Assembly: GCA_032718475.1 (NCBI GenBank)
Contig: JAUCBJ010000300.1
Coordinates: 1 to 39,392 of the forward strand
Direction of reading: 5' to 3'
Origin: Nemertoderma westbladi
Taxonomy: Eukaryota; Animalia; Xenacoelomorpha
Length of the DNA: 39,392 nt
In this document: positions 21,136 through 33,316 of the stretch, in pieces
Numbering within the stretch: the stretch's first letter is position 1
How the letters are laid out: every line of letters begins with the position of its first letter
Notes under the pieces: generated by a model
Databases searched by the model: none
The model's input: the letters and a program-made list of their open reading frames with translations, nothing else
What the model was told of the DNA's origin: nothing
Made by a program: the position numbers and the translations under genes

Positions 21136-24100
21136 ATGTCTGACGCAAAACAAACACTGTCAGATAGTCTCCTAGAAAGAACGATCTGTGACCCAGATAA
21201 CAGTATAGAACATCTGAGACCAAAGTCCAAGTCACCTCCTACTGTAAGAAAGGTCATCCCTACAGTAGTAGTATCAGACCCTAGGCTAGTAAAGCATCAT
21301 AGGTCTATTATAGGCACTAGATCACAAGTTAAGCGATACCAAGAGACGGCTGTTAAACCGCAGCAGCACCCGAGCCAAGAACTTATTTCTCAACGGCAGG
21401 ATAACTCTAGTAGTTCAAACACGGAAGAGTTAACACCCGAGATCGGAGCAAGGATGGCAGGAGCGATGTACTCAGATCCCCTTCTAATCCTTCCTGGGGC
21501 CGTACTCACTAGAGTATTGATCGCTGTGGAGGAACATCAAGCCGATTGGACAAGAAATAAGAGATCAACCAGGGACAGTTATGCGGGATACACAATGGAG
21601 GAACTAAGATCTATTGTCAAGACGCAATGCAACTTCCCCGGACCCGGACTCCCGTTTAACTTATCGGAAGCTGCCTGGGAAGATTTATATCGAATGGGGA
21701 TTGTAAGGGACACTCGAGATCCAGCTGTGTGGAAGAGGTCAGCAGCAGGATATGTCCAGGGATTCTTCAGCTCCTTGGAGCTCTTAGAAGAACACCTATT
21801 TCAACAACGTCAAGGACCTCAAGAGCAGGGAGAGCTGCTTTATCAAGTGCGAGAACGAATCTTACGGATCCGATTAATACTTTCAGCCTTTGAGGAGGCC
21901 TCGAAGAGAAGCCAAGACACATTGTTGCAAGTAGCTGTAAAGACTTGGTTCCAACGGGTGAGTCTTAAAGTTCAGGGAACGACACAATGGAAAGTTCAGC
22001 CAACTGAGCGCATGACCCATGGAGAATCAACAGATGCCACCTGTTCTCATGTGGAAGGCGAAGCAACATCCGAAAAACCTCAGAAGAAGGATGCTATTGA
22101 CATCTATCTGTCGGATTATCGACGATTTATAAGTGACAAAGAGCTCAGGAGACGGCTAGCTGGACTTTACCCCAATAGTGAGGGAGCCAAATTCGTGTTA
22201 GATTCTTTAGACACGGAAATAGTAGCTGCAGAGCAAGCTAAATTTGATGAAAGCATCCTCATCGCAATGGACCAAGAAGAACAAATAAAGAAAAAGCAAA
22301 TAGAAGACCGAAAGTTAGCAGCGGCGGCGGCAACAGCAGTGGCAGCGGAAGAGGCTGAAAGAAAGGCGGCAGTAGCAGAGGCCGAAAGAAAAGCAAAAGC
22401 GGTAGCGGCAGCAGCAGTGGCAGAAGCAGAACGGGGAGAGCATCCGAGGCGACAACCCAACTCGAGTTTGAGAACCTTCAGGCGAAACAAGATTACTTAA
22501 ATAAACAGAGAGCAGCTACTCAGATGCAACTACTGAGTCGATCTACTCCCAGAAGACAGGGATTTACCTCCTCAGATGAAGGTGATACAACGGATCCTGA
22601 GGGTAAAGGTACTCAATCTCGTTCAAGCGGATGTAGAAGAGCACCACACCGGCAGAAGTTACCTAACTTGCCTCCTGCGGTGAGAAGGCAACTAGCTAGT
22701 GTAGATTTAAGTAATCAAGAACCTACAGACCAAATTGTTAGAGTAGAAAAACTCCCTACTATAGTAGATGAGCCCGAAATAATTAGGCCTGTCATTGAAG
22801 CCACTCCTGTGATAGAGACCCCTGAACTTCCAGAACCTAACTCTAAATTCCCTTTTGACAGTACTAAACTGCCTGTGCCCAGTAAACCAGCCCCGGAATC
22901 ACATCCAGTCCTGGACGCCGAGCAAGACATAAATGAGTTGTCTCCCGTCGTTCCTACGCGTCACCCAGCTACCATGTTGGCTGCTCCCGCTTCAGCGGTT
23001 GAGTGGGTGGATGAGGGACGACGGGGGATAAATCAGCTGCTCGGGCAGCTGGAGGACCACAAGAGAAGGTCTTCCCAGCAGGTCCGAGAGTTGGAAGGGA
23101 CTGTTCAGCAGTTAAAGGGAACAGTGAGAGAGAGTAGGTTAGAATTGCAAGAAGTGCAACAGAGTATCGCTTTGGAGCGCGATAAATTAGTACAAATGGG
23201 TATACCACCACCCCCTGTAACAATGTGTCAACCCATTAGGTCTGAAGTATTTCATGCGCAAGGTGTGGAGCCTACACGCATCTATACTGCTAGTGAAGTA
23301 GAAACTCCTATAGTAAACCCCTATTAAGGGTAATTATAAACCCGTTGATAATGATATCCCATACAGAGCTGATCATAATCCGAGAAATTTATATACCGAT
23401 AACTCAATATTATATAATACGATGGCTCAAGAAAGTTTTACACGTCAAATGGCTAGAACCGAAGCCCGTCAAGCGGTAAAGGTGGGAGAGGTCGTCAAGT
23501 TCAATGGAGATGAGATGAAATGGTTACCTTTTAATGAATATTATAAAGATAACATACAGAACTCTGTACTATCTAACGGAGAGAAACTTAGATTCCTCAT
23601 CGAGTGCTTGGAAGGACCTCCCAAGTTAATGGCGTTAAAGTTTATTGGACATCCAGACGGATTAAGACAATCAGGTATGGTAATAGGACTAACATAGCTA
23701 GGTATTTGTATGCGAAATTAGTAGCGCCCCAAAAGTTTCTTAGCAGCGGGATTATAGAGTTTTCCAATGAGATTCAGGAGATCTGTAGACAGCTAGATTG
23801 GTTAGGTAAGTCTCAGGAATACCAGAGTTCTATGGTTGTTGGAGCTGTAGCCTCTACTTTGCCAAAGGGTGGAGTAGGTACTCGCTGGGACAAAAAGGTT
23901 CTCTATATGATGGACCAGCAACAAAGAGACCCTACCATGGCTGATCTCATGTCGTTCTTAAATGGAGAGGTAAGATTACAGCTCCTAAAGCAGTCCAGAG
24001 AGAAGACACCGGAAAGTAAGGTAAGTGAAAAACCCGTTACTAGGAGAAAGGTAACACCAGTATGTTATACAGACGATGGCAAAAGCCAAAATTCCTATGA

Positions 24101-24731
24101 GGAGAACAGCGGCAAGGACACCGAAAGATCTTATTATGTCAATAAAACTAGGAAAGACGTAAGTAAATCTAAGTCTCGAACCAGTGACAGGAGAGAACAG
24201 GTAACAACTCCTCCTACGTCTCCTAAGAGAATTCATGGAAGAAAGCCCGAAGAAAGAACAAGTGTGCACAACACAATGCAAGTTAAGGTAAGTAACATCA
24301 AACCTAAATGTGTATTGTGCAATGGGCCACATTGCTTGAGTGGGTGTGATTAATTCTTAAAGCAATCCCTGAAGGATAGACATGATGTCATGTGGGATAA
24401 GCGGTTGTGTTATAACTGCCTCAGACGAGGACATCAACGATGGACCTGTTACTCAGACGCGAGGTGTGCTAAGTGCGGCGCGAAACATCATATCTTGCTG
24501 CACACCAAATTTGACAGAACCCACACGAGTCAGGTAAGTGAACCCGATCTACATGTCCAATTCAGCGATGTGAACGACACTGACCACAGTTCGGAGATGG
24601 AAGGATTCTACACGGACGAATTCTCCGACAAAAATGAATCCTGTTACATGATTAACACAGCTGGGTATCGAGCACTTACGTACGAGACAGAAACAGATGG
24701 AGAAGATCATCGACTTGCTATTCCGGATTGA
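21136..24731 (+). pseudogene. gag: Bel/Pao gag with a very long N-terminal extension; frameshifts near 22435, 23320 and 23670, and a stop at 24351
   Basis: KFNGDEMKWLPF...LSNGEKLRFLIECLEG is a Bel gag core. Three Cys/His knuckles follow: CVLCNGPHCLSGC, CYNCLRRGHQRWTC, CAKCGAKHHILLH. The upstream ORFs 21136 and 22524 join through single frameshifts. Confidence 0.85.
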
Positions 24732-27700
24732 CAGCCATCTTGGAAAGCGCCAACTTCCACTGTCGGTATCTGAGAATTCCCTGTGGTGCAACTGAGGGTC
24801 CATGGGATAGGGAAGAGCTTGATAGTAAACGCCCTCCTTGACTCCGGCAGCACAGGCACTTTTATCGATAAAGAACTAGCCGAAGACATCTTTGCTGGAC
24901 AACCCAAGTTCCGAACCAAGTTGAACCTTTCCGGAATTATGCAGGTTTGGAAATCTACAGTAGCCACAGATTACTAAGTGGGTGCGTTGTCCACTCCCCA
25001 GGATGAGCTAGGTGAGAATAGTGTAAGGTCGGTCAAGATGGTGGCGATCAAGAACTTTGCTACTAGCCAAGTGGAGCCTTACAACTGGGATGAAGACCAT
25101 TTTACCCAGCAACATAGTATACCTAGATTCAACACAGATTATCCAGGGGTACAGATTTTACTCAACCAAAACGCGCACGAGGCGCTTGAGACATTAGAAA
25201 AACGGCCTGCTCGACCGCAACCATTACAGACGTATGTGGGAAGAACGAGAGTAGGTTGGTACTTCACTGGACCTTCCCGTAGGACCTTAATGGAAAGACT
25301 CCCTAATGAAAGAATACATCAGGTGAGTGAATGGGAAGAAGACATCAGTGAGGGAGAAACCCCAACTGAGGAAACTCCATACTCCTCAGATAACGACGAC
25401 ATCCACCATTTATATGATGAGGAAAATGCCATCGACATCCTCACTGAGAACCAAACTTGGCTAAACCAAGTCAATCTATGTCATCTTATCCATCAGCCAA
25501 GCGAATCGTTAAAGTATAATGATGAATTAAACGCAGTGGTGGATAGATACAATGATAAACTACGCGATGAACATGCCGTAAGATTCTTCACTCAAGAAGC
25601 CGTAGAGCCTAATTCTTACGACAAGGCTTTATCTGTTGAATAAGAGAGAGCCAAGCAGATTCAGGAACCAACTACACGTTATCTGAAGGATGAAGGTCGC
25701 TATGAGATTGGTCTTCCGTTCCGACAGCAAGAACCCAGCTTTATAAATAACTGACCTTTAGCGGAAAAAAGAATCGCTCAACTACATCAGCATCTGACGG
25801 CCAACGTTCAAGCCAGGGAAATGTATAAAACCCAGCTGAAGAAATTTATTGATAAGGGATACGCGGAGTGAGTTCCGGAAGAAACACCCATAACGGAGAG
25901 AACGTATTATCTAACACATCATTACGTTCCCAAGCCCGGTAAACCCAACGAAGTCCGGGTAGTGTTTGATGGCTCCGCCCTTTACATGGTTCAATCCCTG
26001 AATTCCGAACTGTTGCCAGGACCCAACTTACTCCAATCTTTGTTGGGAATATTATTAAGACTGCGGCAATATTCTATTGCATTCGCTTCGGACATAGAAG
26101 GCATGTTCTTACAAGTCAAGGCGCTGGATAGGGATCGAGACAGCCTACGATTTCTGTGGTGGCCTGAAGGAGACCTCAACCGAAAACCGGTGGAGTACTG
26201 GATGACCATCCAGGCTTTCGGGATCATCTCGAGCCCCTCAAACGCTTGTTTGGTGGTGCGTACCACTGCCGACAACAACCGAGACGCCTTCTCTAAAGTG
26301 GTTATCGACAACATCAAACGGGATATATACATGGACGACAATTTAAAGTCCCTCCCATTGGTGGAAGAAGCCATTGATGTTGCCAAGGGAACGGTAGAGT
26401 GCTTGAAACGCGGTGGATTTCGACTAACCAAATTCACTAGTAACTCCCGTGAGTTTCTGGAATCAATCCCAGTAGAAGACCGAGGTGTTAAAGATCTGGA
26501 CCTCATCAAGGACGATCTTCCGGAAACCAAGACACTTGGCTTAAAATGGGACACAGAGAGAGATATCTTGTTTTTCCAGTTAAAACAGAGAGATAATCCA
26601 GTTAGAACCAAACAGATTTGTCTAAGTATCCTGAGCACTTATTTCGATCCATTGGGATTTATTAGCCCAGTTATATTAGTTGCTCGGAGCTTAGTCCAAC
26701 AAATGTGGCTCGAAAACCACTCGTGGGATGTTCCACTTAAGGGAGAACTACTAAAGAAGTGGATGAAAGGGGAAGATTCTCTACCATCCATCGAGAACTT
26801 TAAGATTTCCCGTTCATATTTTGGTCACGTTCTCCCCACGTATTCCTATCAACTCCATGTGTTTGGAGATGCCAGCGATATGGGAATAGGTATAGTAGCC
26901 TACCTGAGGGTTGAAACTTCGGATGGAATTAAAGTTGCCTTGGTCACCTCTAAAGCCCTGATAAACAACAAACTACGAGTTCCTAGAGCGGAGTTAAAGG
27001 CGGCTCTATACGCTACAGCCATTGGCTGGAATGTAACAGAACAGATCGACTATCTACTGGAGAAAACTGGCTATTGGACTGATGCTTTACTCGTTCTGGA
27101 GTATATAACAAATGAAGTCTGTCAGTTCAGCGTCTTTGTTACCAACAGAGTAGCCATTATACTCAGCCGCTCTAATGTAGATCAATGGAGACATTGCCCT
27201 GGGACGATCAATCCAGCCGACATCGCCTCCCGAGGAGCAACTCCTCAAGAACTGATAGATACTCCAGACGGGTTAGGTGGACCCGACTTCCTGAGTAAAG
27301 AAGAGGAGGAATGGCCCCCTTATCTCACCACGGCGGAGATTAGACAAGCCAAGGGAGCGGAGAAAGTCAAACCTAAAACTCGGACGAGTAAGTCAAAGTT
27401 ATTTAAACTTGTGATAGATCTGTCTGTGCTACGCACCTCCGGGGACGACGCTGTGGATCTAAACTCACACACTACGACTAGATCCATTATAGAAATCAGG
27501 GAAAGAGACTGGAAATCGGGAATACCAGATGTCTCGCAAGGACTCTTCCATCTCCTACAGAGAGCAATAAATCATTATAGCTCCTGGAATCGGCTTTGTA
27601 AAGCCGTTGTGTACCTTAAAAGATGTTTCCATCATCACTATTCCAGGAAGAAGATCGCTAGTGATACCACTCTAATAATATCCGAAAAGGTCCATGTTAT

Positions 27701-29220
27701 TAAAGATCTTCCCACTTATAAAGTGTCTGAGAAGATCAGTTACCAAGAGCATGAGGATACCAATAAGCAGATACTGAGACTCCTGCAATGCTACGAAGAT
27801 TCCGATAAGTATTTCCTGTTGTTGAGAAATCCACAGATGCGCTTAAGGGATCGTTTCTCTAGCACAATGATAGATGGGTTAATATGTGTTGGAGGGAGAT
27901 TAACTAATGCTCCATTGTCCTTTGACACTAAGTTTCCCATACTCATTAGAAATCTTGAAATACAAATCAAGATAATTGTAGATGTTCACAGTAGGCTTTA
28001 CCATGCTGGTAGAGAACGAGTTCTTAGCGAAATTCGAACTTGCTATTACTTCCATAAACCCCGTAGAGCTCTAAACCAAGTTCTTAGGAACTGTATACCC
28101 TGTAGGAAAGCATTTAGTAGGCCTTTAGCAAAGCGAGAGGCAGAATTACCTAGAAGGTTTACTCTAGAAGGAAGAATTACGAGTAATCTTCTATGAACCA
28201 CCCTTTACTAATACCAGTGTGGATTTATTTGGCCCTATTGAAGTATATCGTGCTAGGACTATAGTCAAGCGATGGTCTGTAATCTTTGTCTGTATGACTT
28301 GTAGAGCGATCCATCTAAATATGGTGAACGATCTATCTACCTACAGCTTCATACTGAGTTTACGCCGACAGATTGCTCGTTTTGGGACTAGCAACACCAT
28401 GAGATCCGACAAAGGAACGAACTTCATTGGTGCCAATAATGAGATCAAAGCTTACGTGAAAGATTGGAACCAAAGACAGGTAGACGATCAGTTAAGGATA
28501 ACAGCATCTAGCTGGACCTTCAACGTCGCTGACGCCCCTTGGTGGGGAGGAAGTTGGGAGAGATTAATAAGGAGCGTGAAGACCGCATTTCACTTTATAG
28601 TGACGTGCCGCGCGTATCTCACCGACGAACTTTTGCGGACGTTAATGGAGGAAATCGCCGCCTATCTTAACGAGAGACCGCTTATGCCAGTCTCATCGAG
28701 TCCCGACTCCCTAGAAGCGCTAACACCTACGCATTTCCTACTAAAGAAACCTGTAACCATGCTCCCGCAATTGGAAATCACGGACGGAGACGAATACTGC
28801 CGACAAACTTGGCAACTTATGCAGTTATTATCCCGTCGTTTCGCTGACCATTTCAAAAAACATTATCTTCCTACGCTACAACTTCGAACCAAGTGGTTTG
28901 CGCAGCAAGAAAACGTCAGCGCCAGAGACATGGTCCTTATCGTGGAATCAGATGTTCCACATAAGCAGTGGCAGACAGGTCGTATCATCGAGACTCATAC
29001 ATCCGATGATGGTTTAGTGCGACCGGTAGAACTCGTCGTCATGCGACGTAACTTTAAGAAACCTGGAATTGTATTCGAAACACAACAACTCAATCGCCCA
29101 GTTGGTCGTTTATGTTTACTGGAAAGAGACTGCGAATTGTCCGGAAACTATGGAAGGCAAGAAACTCTTCCCACGACCACCTCCCTAATCCAACAAACAT
29201 CTAGGGACTCCCCAACATGA
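24732..29220 (+). pseudogene. pol: Bel/Pao pol (protease, RT, Pao-type RNase H, integrase), with several in-frame stops and a frameshift near 28170
   Basis: Motifs ALLDSGSTGTFI; RVVFDGSA; LLPGPNL; DIEGMFLQV; YMDD (26328-26339); FDPLGF; VFGDAS; PRAELKAA; NPADIASRG; HSRLYH..CIPC; DLFGP; SDKGTNF; PWWGGSWER; LTPTHFL. Confidence 0.96.
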
Positions 29221-30344
29221 TCGCGTTTAGAGTGGGTGTGTGACGATATTATTTTATTATTTTTATTTTTATATTTATGTATGTATTATTATGTAATTTT
29301 ATTATTATAATCGTTTTCTTTAATTTTATTTAGTAGAATAATGTTTTAACAATTATTTAGTAGATTATTGCAATATATTAGTGTCTTATTACTTAATTAC
29401 TTAGTATATATTATATTTCGTTTAACGGCGAGAAATAATTCATTTTCTCTTTCCTTACTGTCCGTATCATACTATAAATACGTGACTACAATAAGATGAA
29501 ATGTCCGTACTTATTAAAGTACAAAATACCACCCCTACTATACTCAAGTATTATTGATAAGTAGAGTATTAGGAATGCAAAGTTCAGATCCTCGTGTCTC
29601 GGCTAAACCAAGCTCTGGGTAGACCTTGGAAACGACTTGATTCTTCTCACTGACATTGCTTCTTGCAATATTGCTCTCATACCGTATATTAAATAATACA
29701 TATAGTAGAATGATGTCCATTTAACAGTAGCGTTGAAACGCAAAATAAATCTGTTAAACCCTTTGACCATCTAAAATTCTACTCGATTAAGATATTGCGG
29801 CACCCACCGATATACTTGAAAGGCAAAATTCTAGAATCAGTGGTTAACGTCCCCAAACATGTTCTGGAATAAATCGGTGCCCATCTTAAATATTAAATAT
29901 TTAACAAATATTTATAAAATCTGTAAATCAAAAACTGTTGAAATTTTAGATTTTCTAAAATTCTAGTTGATTAAGATATCGTAGCACTTACCGATACTCT
30001 TAAAAAGACAAAATTTCTAGAATTAAGGATCCTAGTCGCCAGACATGTTCTGGAATAAAATTGTGTCTATTTAATATCAAATAATAAAATTTAAGGGAAT
30101 AAATTTTAAATTCATATCCTCTCATGAATTTGATCATTCCAATTTGGTCATTTTATACAATTTATAACATTCCCAAAATTCCATTAATTAATAGATCATA
30201 GGAGTGGAGATTCACCCTATTAAAGTATATTTGTGTGCGAGAATCTCCAGTGTACAGTCAATAGCCGATAAAATTCATAAAATCATGTATAAAGGGGAAT
30301 ATTGACAATTAAAGAATCACTATTAAATAGCATCCCAGATCTGT

Positions 30345-31615
30345 ATGCATGAGAATTACCCTAATTCTACCGCTAGCATCGGTGGCACTCCGGTTGTGGG
30401 CTCTCTAGATATTCGCCCATCCTACCTAGCAGTATTGAGACATGGACGCGGACATCTAATATCGCCGTCCAACCCGTATAATTGTCCCGGTTTAACCCCG
30501 ATACAACCCGTCACCGAGGTGGAGGAGAGCGTTGTACGAAACGCGTTAGACGCTATTCGGCAAAAGATCAGAAAAGGAACCTACGATTGTTTAGACAAAC
30601 GTAAATTGCAACAACAAGTCCAAGCAGTAAAAGAATTAGCTTTACCTCAGTTCGATCGGGAAATCCAGAAACTCAAAGAAGATATCGAACTTGGACGAAC
30701 CTACTCTTTACAAGAGTTTTTGGACGAACGCTTCCAACGACAAGCGGAGGAAAATCAGCTTGAAGAGAAGCACATCGAAATGGACGAGAGAGAAGAAGCA
30801 GCTTTAGCGCAACCAGAAGCTCAAATCCTTATGACTGATCTCTATTCCAAAACCATCATTCATCCTTCGATGGTTCCCCATTTCAGAGACAAACTCTTCG
30901 CCACGGTACAACCCCAACCGGTTGATATCAACTTAAGATCTAGAGATCTTATCGCTGACGCTCCTATGTTACAACGTCTGCCAATCAAGGCCACTTGTGT
31001 CGACGGTATACTCGTTGAACCTCCGGACAATCGAGCGGATCTTGTCCGTCGTATGGTACATGAGGTCAACCTACGCACTAGACCTTTACCGGACTCATTT
31101 TATGAGATCAAAGACCACCCCTATTATGTCAATTTAACTCAATATTATATGGTGAAACCGGAAGATCCTACACACAGTTTAAAGTTTCTACCATTGATGA
31201 ATCCCACGGCGACTTGTTCATAAACTCGCATCCTGAATTACAAGAAATTCATAGACGACCATATGAATATAGAGCCAAAGAACGTGAGTCGGAAAGAACC
31301 ATCAAACCGAGGAAATTTCTCACTACTCACAGTCAACCTACTATGCAAACGACCCATCAGGGACCAGTAAGAGCTGCTGTCCTGAAATGCGCTCTAAAGG
31401 TTGTTCGACCTCGTTCCACTGAAGTTGATATCAATCAACCGGGTACCTCGACCGGCGGATACACCGACCGTAATCCGAAACCTTCTGATGCAATTGTATT
31501 GCACCCCTCGCCCAGGAGTTATAGCCCTCCGAGTAAAGTGGCTCGCCCCAATGAGAAAAAGACTCTTACTAGCCTCAAAAAACTTCTTAAACGCCGTTCA
31601 CGAAAGAAAGACTGA
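30345..31615 (+). pseudogene. Accessory ORF3 of Bel-B (C-terminal ~410 codons; one frameshift near 31140-31210; N-terminus lost by deletion at 30377/30378)
   Basis: ORFs 30345-31223 and 31214-31615 overlap. They contain a coiled-coil-like, E/Q/K-rich middle and a basic C-terminus, and are homologous to 2418-2970. Confidence 0.8.
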
Positions 31616-31685
31616 TAGTTTAGAGTATTTTTTGTATTTTAGAAACTGTGATTTTTATATTTTATAGACTTAAATCCCATTTTCT

Positions 31686-31693
31686 GGGAGCGG
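31686..31693 (+). promoter_or_regulatory. PPT of Bel-B
   Basis: GGGAGCGG abuts the 3' LTR TG. Confidence 0.7.
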
Positions 31694-32825
31694 TGTAAAA
31701 GCTTTTGCGGACATAACTAGTCATTTTCCCGCAATGCGCAGAATACTCTAAAATGGCCCTTAAAATTGATTCAACTGCGCGACGGGAAGGAATTAGAACC
31801 AAGATGACGAAATCTGTCAGCTGATTCTTTGTTGACGTGGAACTCTCTTTGTTCTGGCATTATTCAGCCAATCAGAGCGATTTTCACTTTATGGCTAAGA
31901 GAATCCTACCTAAACTCGCGCAATGCATTATGGTCTAGATTCTATTTTTCTGAGAATTCGAACAACTCAGAATTCTGTGCTTCTGTGTAGAAGGTATTTG
32001 GCCTAGGAAACATCAAATGGCCTTGATTATAAGAACGTAAAACTATTAACCTGATGAACACCTACATTTCTCATTACAATTCAATTCAACTCATTACAAT
32101 GCATCACGTAACACATACTGACTGTTCACTGCATCATTTTACTTCTGTTTACAGTCTTTATTAATTGTTGTTATATTAATGGATATTGTTGTTATATTTG
32201 GAGAATACCGATAAATAATCATAAACCCCTCAATCTTCTTGATTACTGAGGTAAGAGGAACAGGTTTACCGGTAACGACTGCGACTTAAATTATAGTGGT
32301 TTGTGTGAATTAAATGCTATTTCATAATCCCTACGTGTGTCAGTTGCAATCCTCCTTATATATGATCAAATTCAGTGACGGTCGGCAGATTAGTGCGAAG
32401 TAGTGTGAAGTAGTGTGAAGTCGTGTGAAGTAGTGTGAAGGTTAATAAAGCATCTCCTAAAGAATGCGCTGTTTACGAAACTCTGTGGCCATCTAGTTGT
32501 GATTAGTATAAGTCATAACTCTGTTTTTATACTTAAAGCGCCACATCCTAAAGGAACTGTTAATATTTCCCCGAAAGTAAATATATTTGTCAGAGATTAT
32601 ATAGTAACGATCAATCGAATAATACAGTAGGTCTACACTGCAATAACTTTCAAGGCATCCGAATCCAGTCTCCCATCCGTGGGTGATAGGTCGCGCACGG
32701 ACTGGCTTCGGCTGATGTAACTCCAGTACACTACTAGGTAATCGATATAGGCCAAAGTCGATTTATAAACAAGAGGACAACTAAAATTGGCAGGTTAAAC
32801 TGCTAAAGGTCTAAAAGCGCGAACA
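31694..32825 (+). repeat. Bel-B 3' LTR (1132 bp)
   Basis: Direct repeat of 18227-19361 with scattered substitutions; followed by CAAGG. Confidence 0.94.
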
Positions 32826-32830
32826 CAAGG

Positions 32831-33147
32831 CGTCCCTGAGGGCCCGACTAACCGGCCCCAACTGGGTGGATGAACTGCCCTGGGCCCTTCTCGGCAACCG
32901 GACCGCCCCAAAGGAAGACCTGAACTGCTCCTCGGCTGAGTTGGTGTACGGCTCACCACTAACGGTGCCCGGTGACTTCGTCGCCTCGCCAACCAATCCA
33001 CTGGAATCCACAACCTTCCTTCAGGACCTCCACAAACACGCGAGGCAGTTCGTGCCGACACCAACTCGCGACACGGGAAACCCGGCTCATCTGTGCCTCC
33101 TCAGCTCTGTACAAGCGAGTACGTCTTTGTGCGTACTGACGCACGTA
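32831..33147 (+). pseudogene. pol: Gypsy integrase C-terminal part, truncated
   Basis: WVDELPWALLGNRTAPKEDLNCSSAELVYGSPLTVPGDF..., then a frameshift and EYVFVRTDAR, then an abrupt join to LTR sequence. Confidence 0.9.
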
Positions 33148-33217
33148 CTGGTGTCAACATAGTGTATTACATTGAAGTGATGTGAGTCGCGCTAATGCGA
33201 GAATCGCGCTCACTACA
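33148..33217 (+). repeat. Gypsy 3' LTR remnant (last 70 bp); the PPT and first ~174 bp are deleted
   Basis: Matches 8474-8543, ends CACTACA and is followed by CCCG. Confidence 0.92.
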
Positions 33218-33316
33218 CCCGCCCAAAACTAACGACAAAAATAACAATGATTTCTATTTCCAGATGTTAATATCTTCCTTGGGATAATAAATTTAAAATA
33301 CGTAATGAAACGTTGA

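Larger units (their letters stand above)
18227..32825 (+). mobile_element. Structurally complete but defective Bel/Pao LTR retrotransposon (Bel-B, 14.6 kb) with an extra 3' ORF
   Basis: Two ~1.13-kb TG...CA LTRs, 5-bp target duplication CAAGG (18222-18226 and 32826-32830), Bel-type gag and pol, and a PPT. Confidence 0.96.
16824..33217 (+). mobile_element. CsRn1-clade Gypsy element copy 2, internally deleted and split by Bel-B; Gypsy parts are 16824-18226 and 32831-33217
   Basis: CCCG target duplication at 16820-16823 and 33218-33221. Removing Bel-B restores the integrase reading HRSLK-ASLRARLTGPNWVDELPWALLG.RTAPKEDL. Confidence 0.93.

Noticed and set aside
25991-26638. 215-aa antisense ORF within Bel RT
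   Set aside because: Shadow of the pol frame with no independent features.
30345-30377. ATG 30345 as the true ORF3 start
   Set aside because: These codons come from the non-coding spacer (equivalent to ~910-942) fused by the 1475-bp deletion.
30345-31615. env gene
   Set aside because: No visible signal peptide, transmembrane anchor or Cys-rich ectodomain; the C-terminus is basic and hydrophilic.
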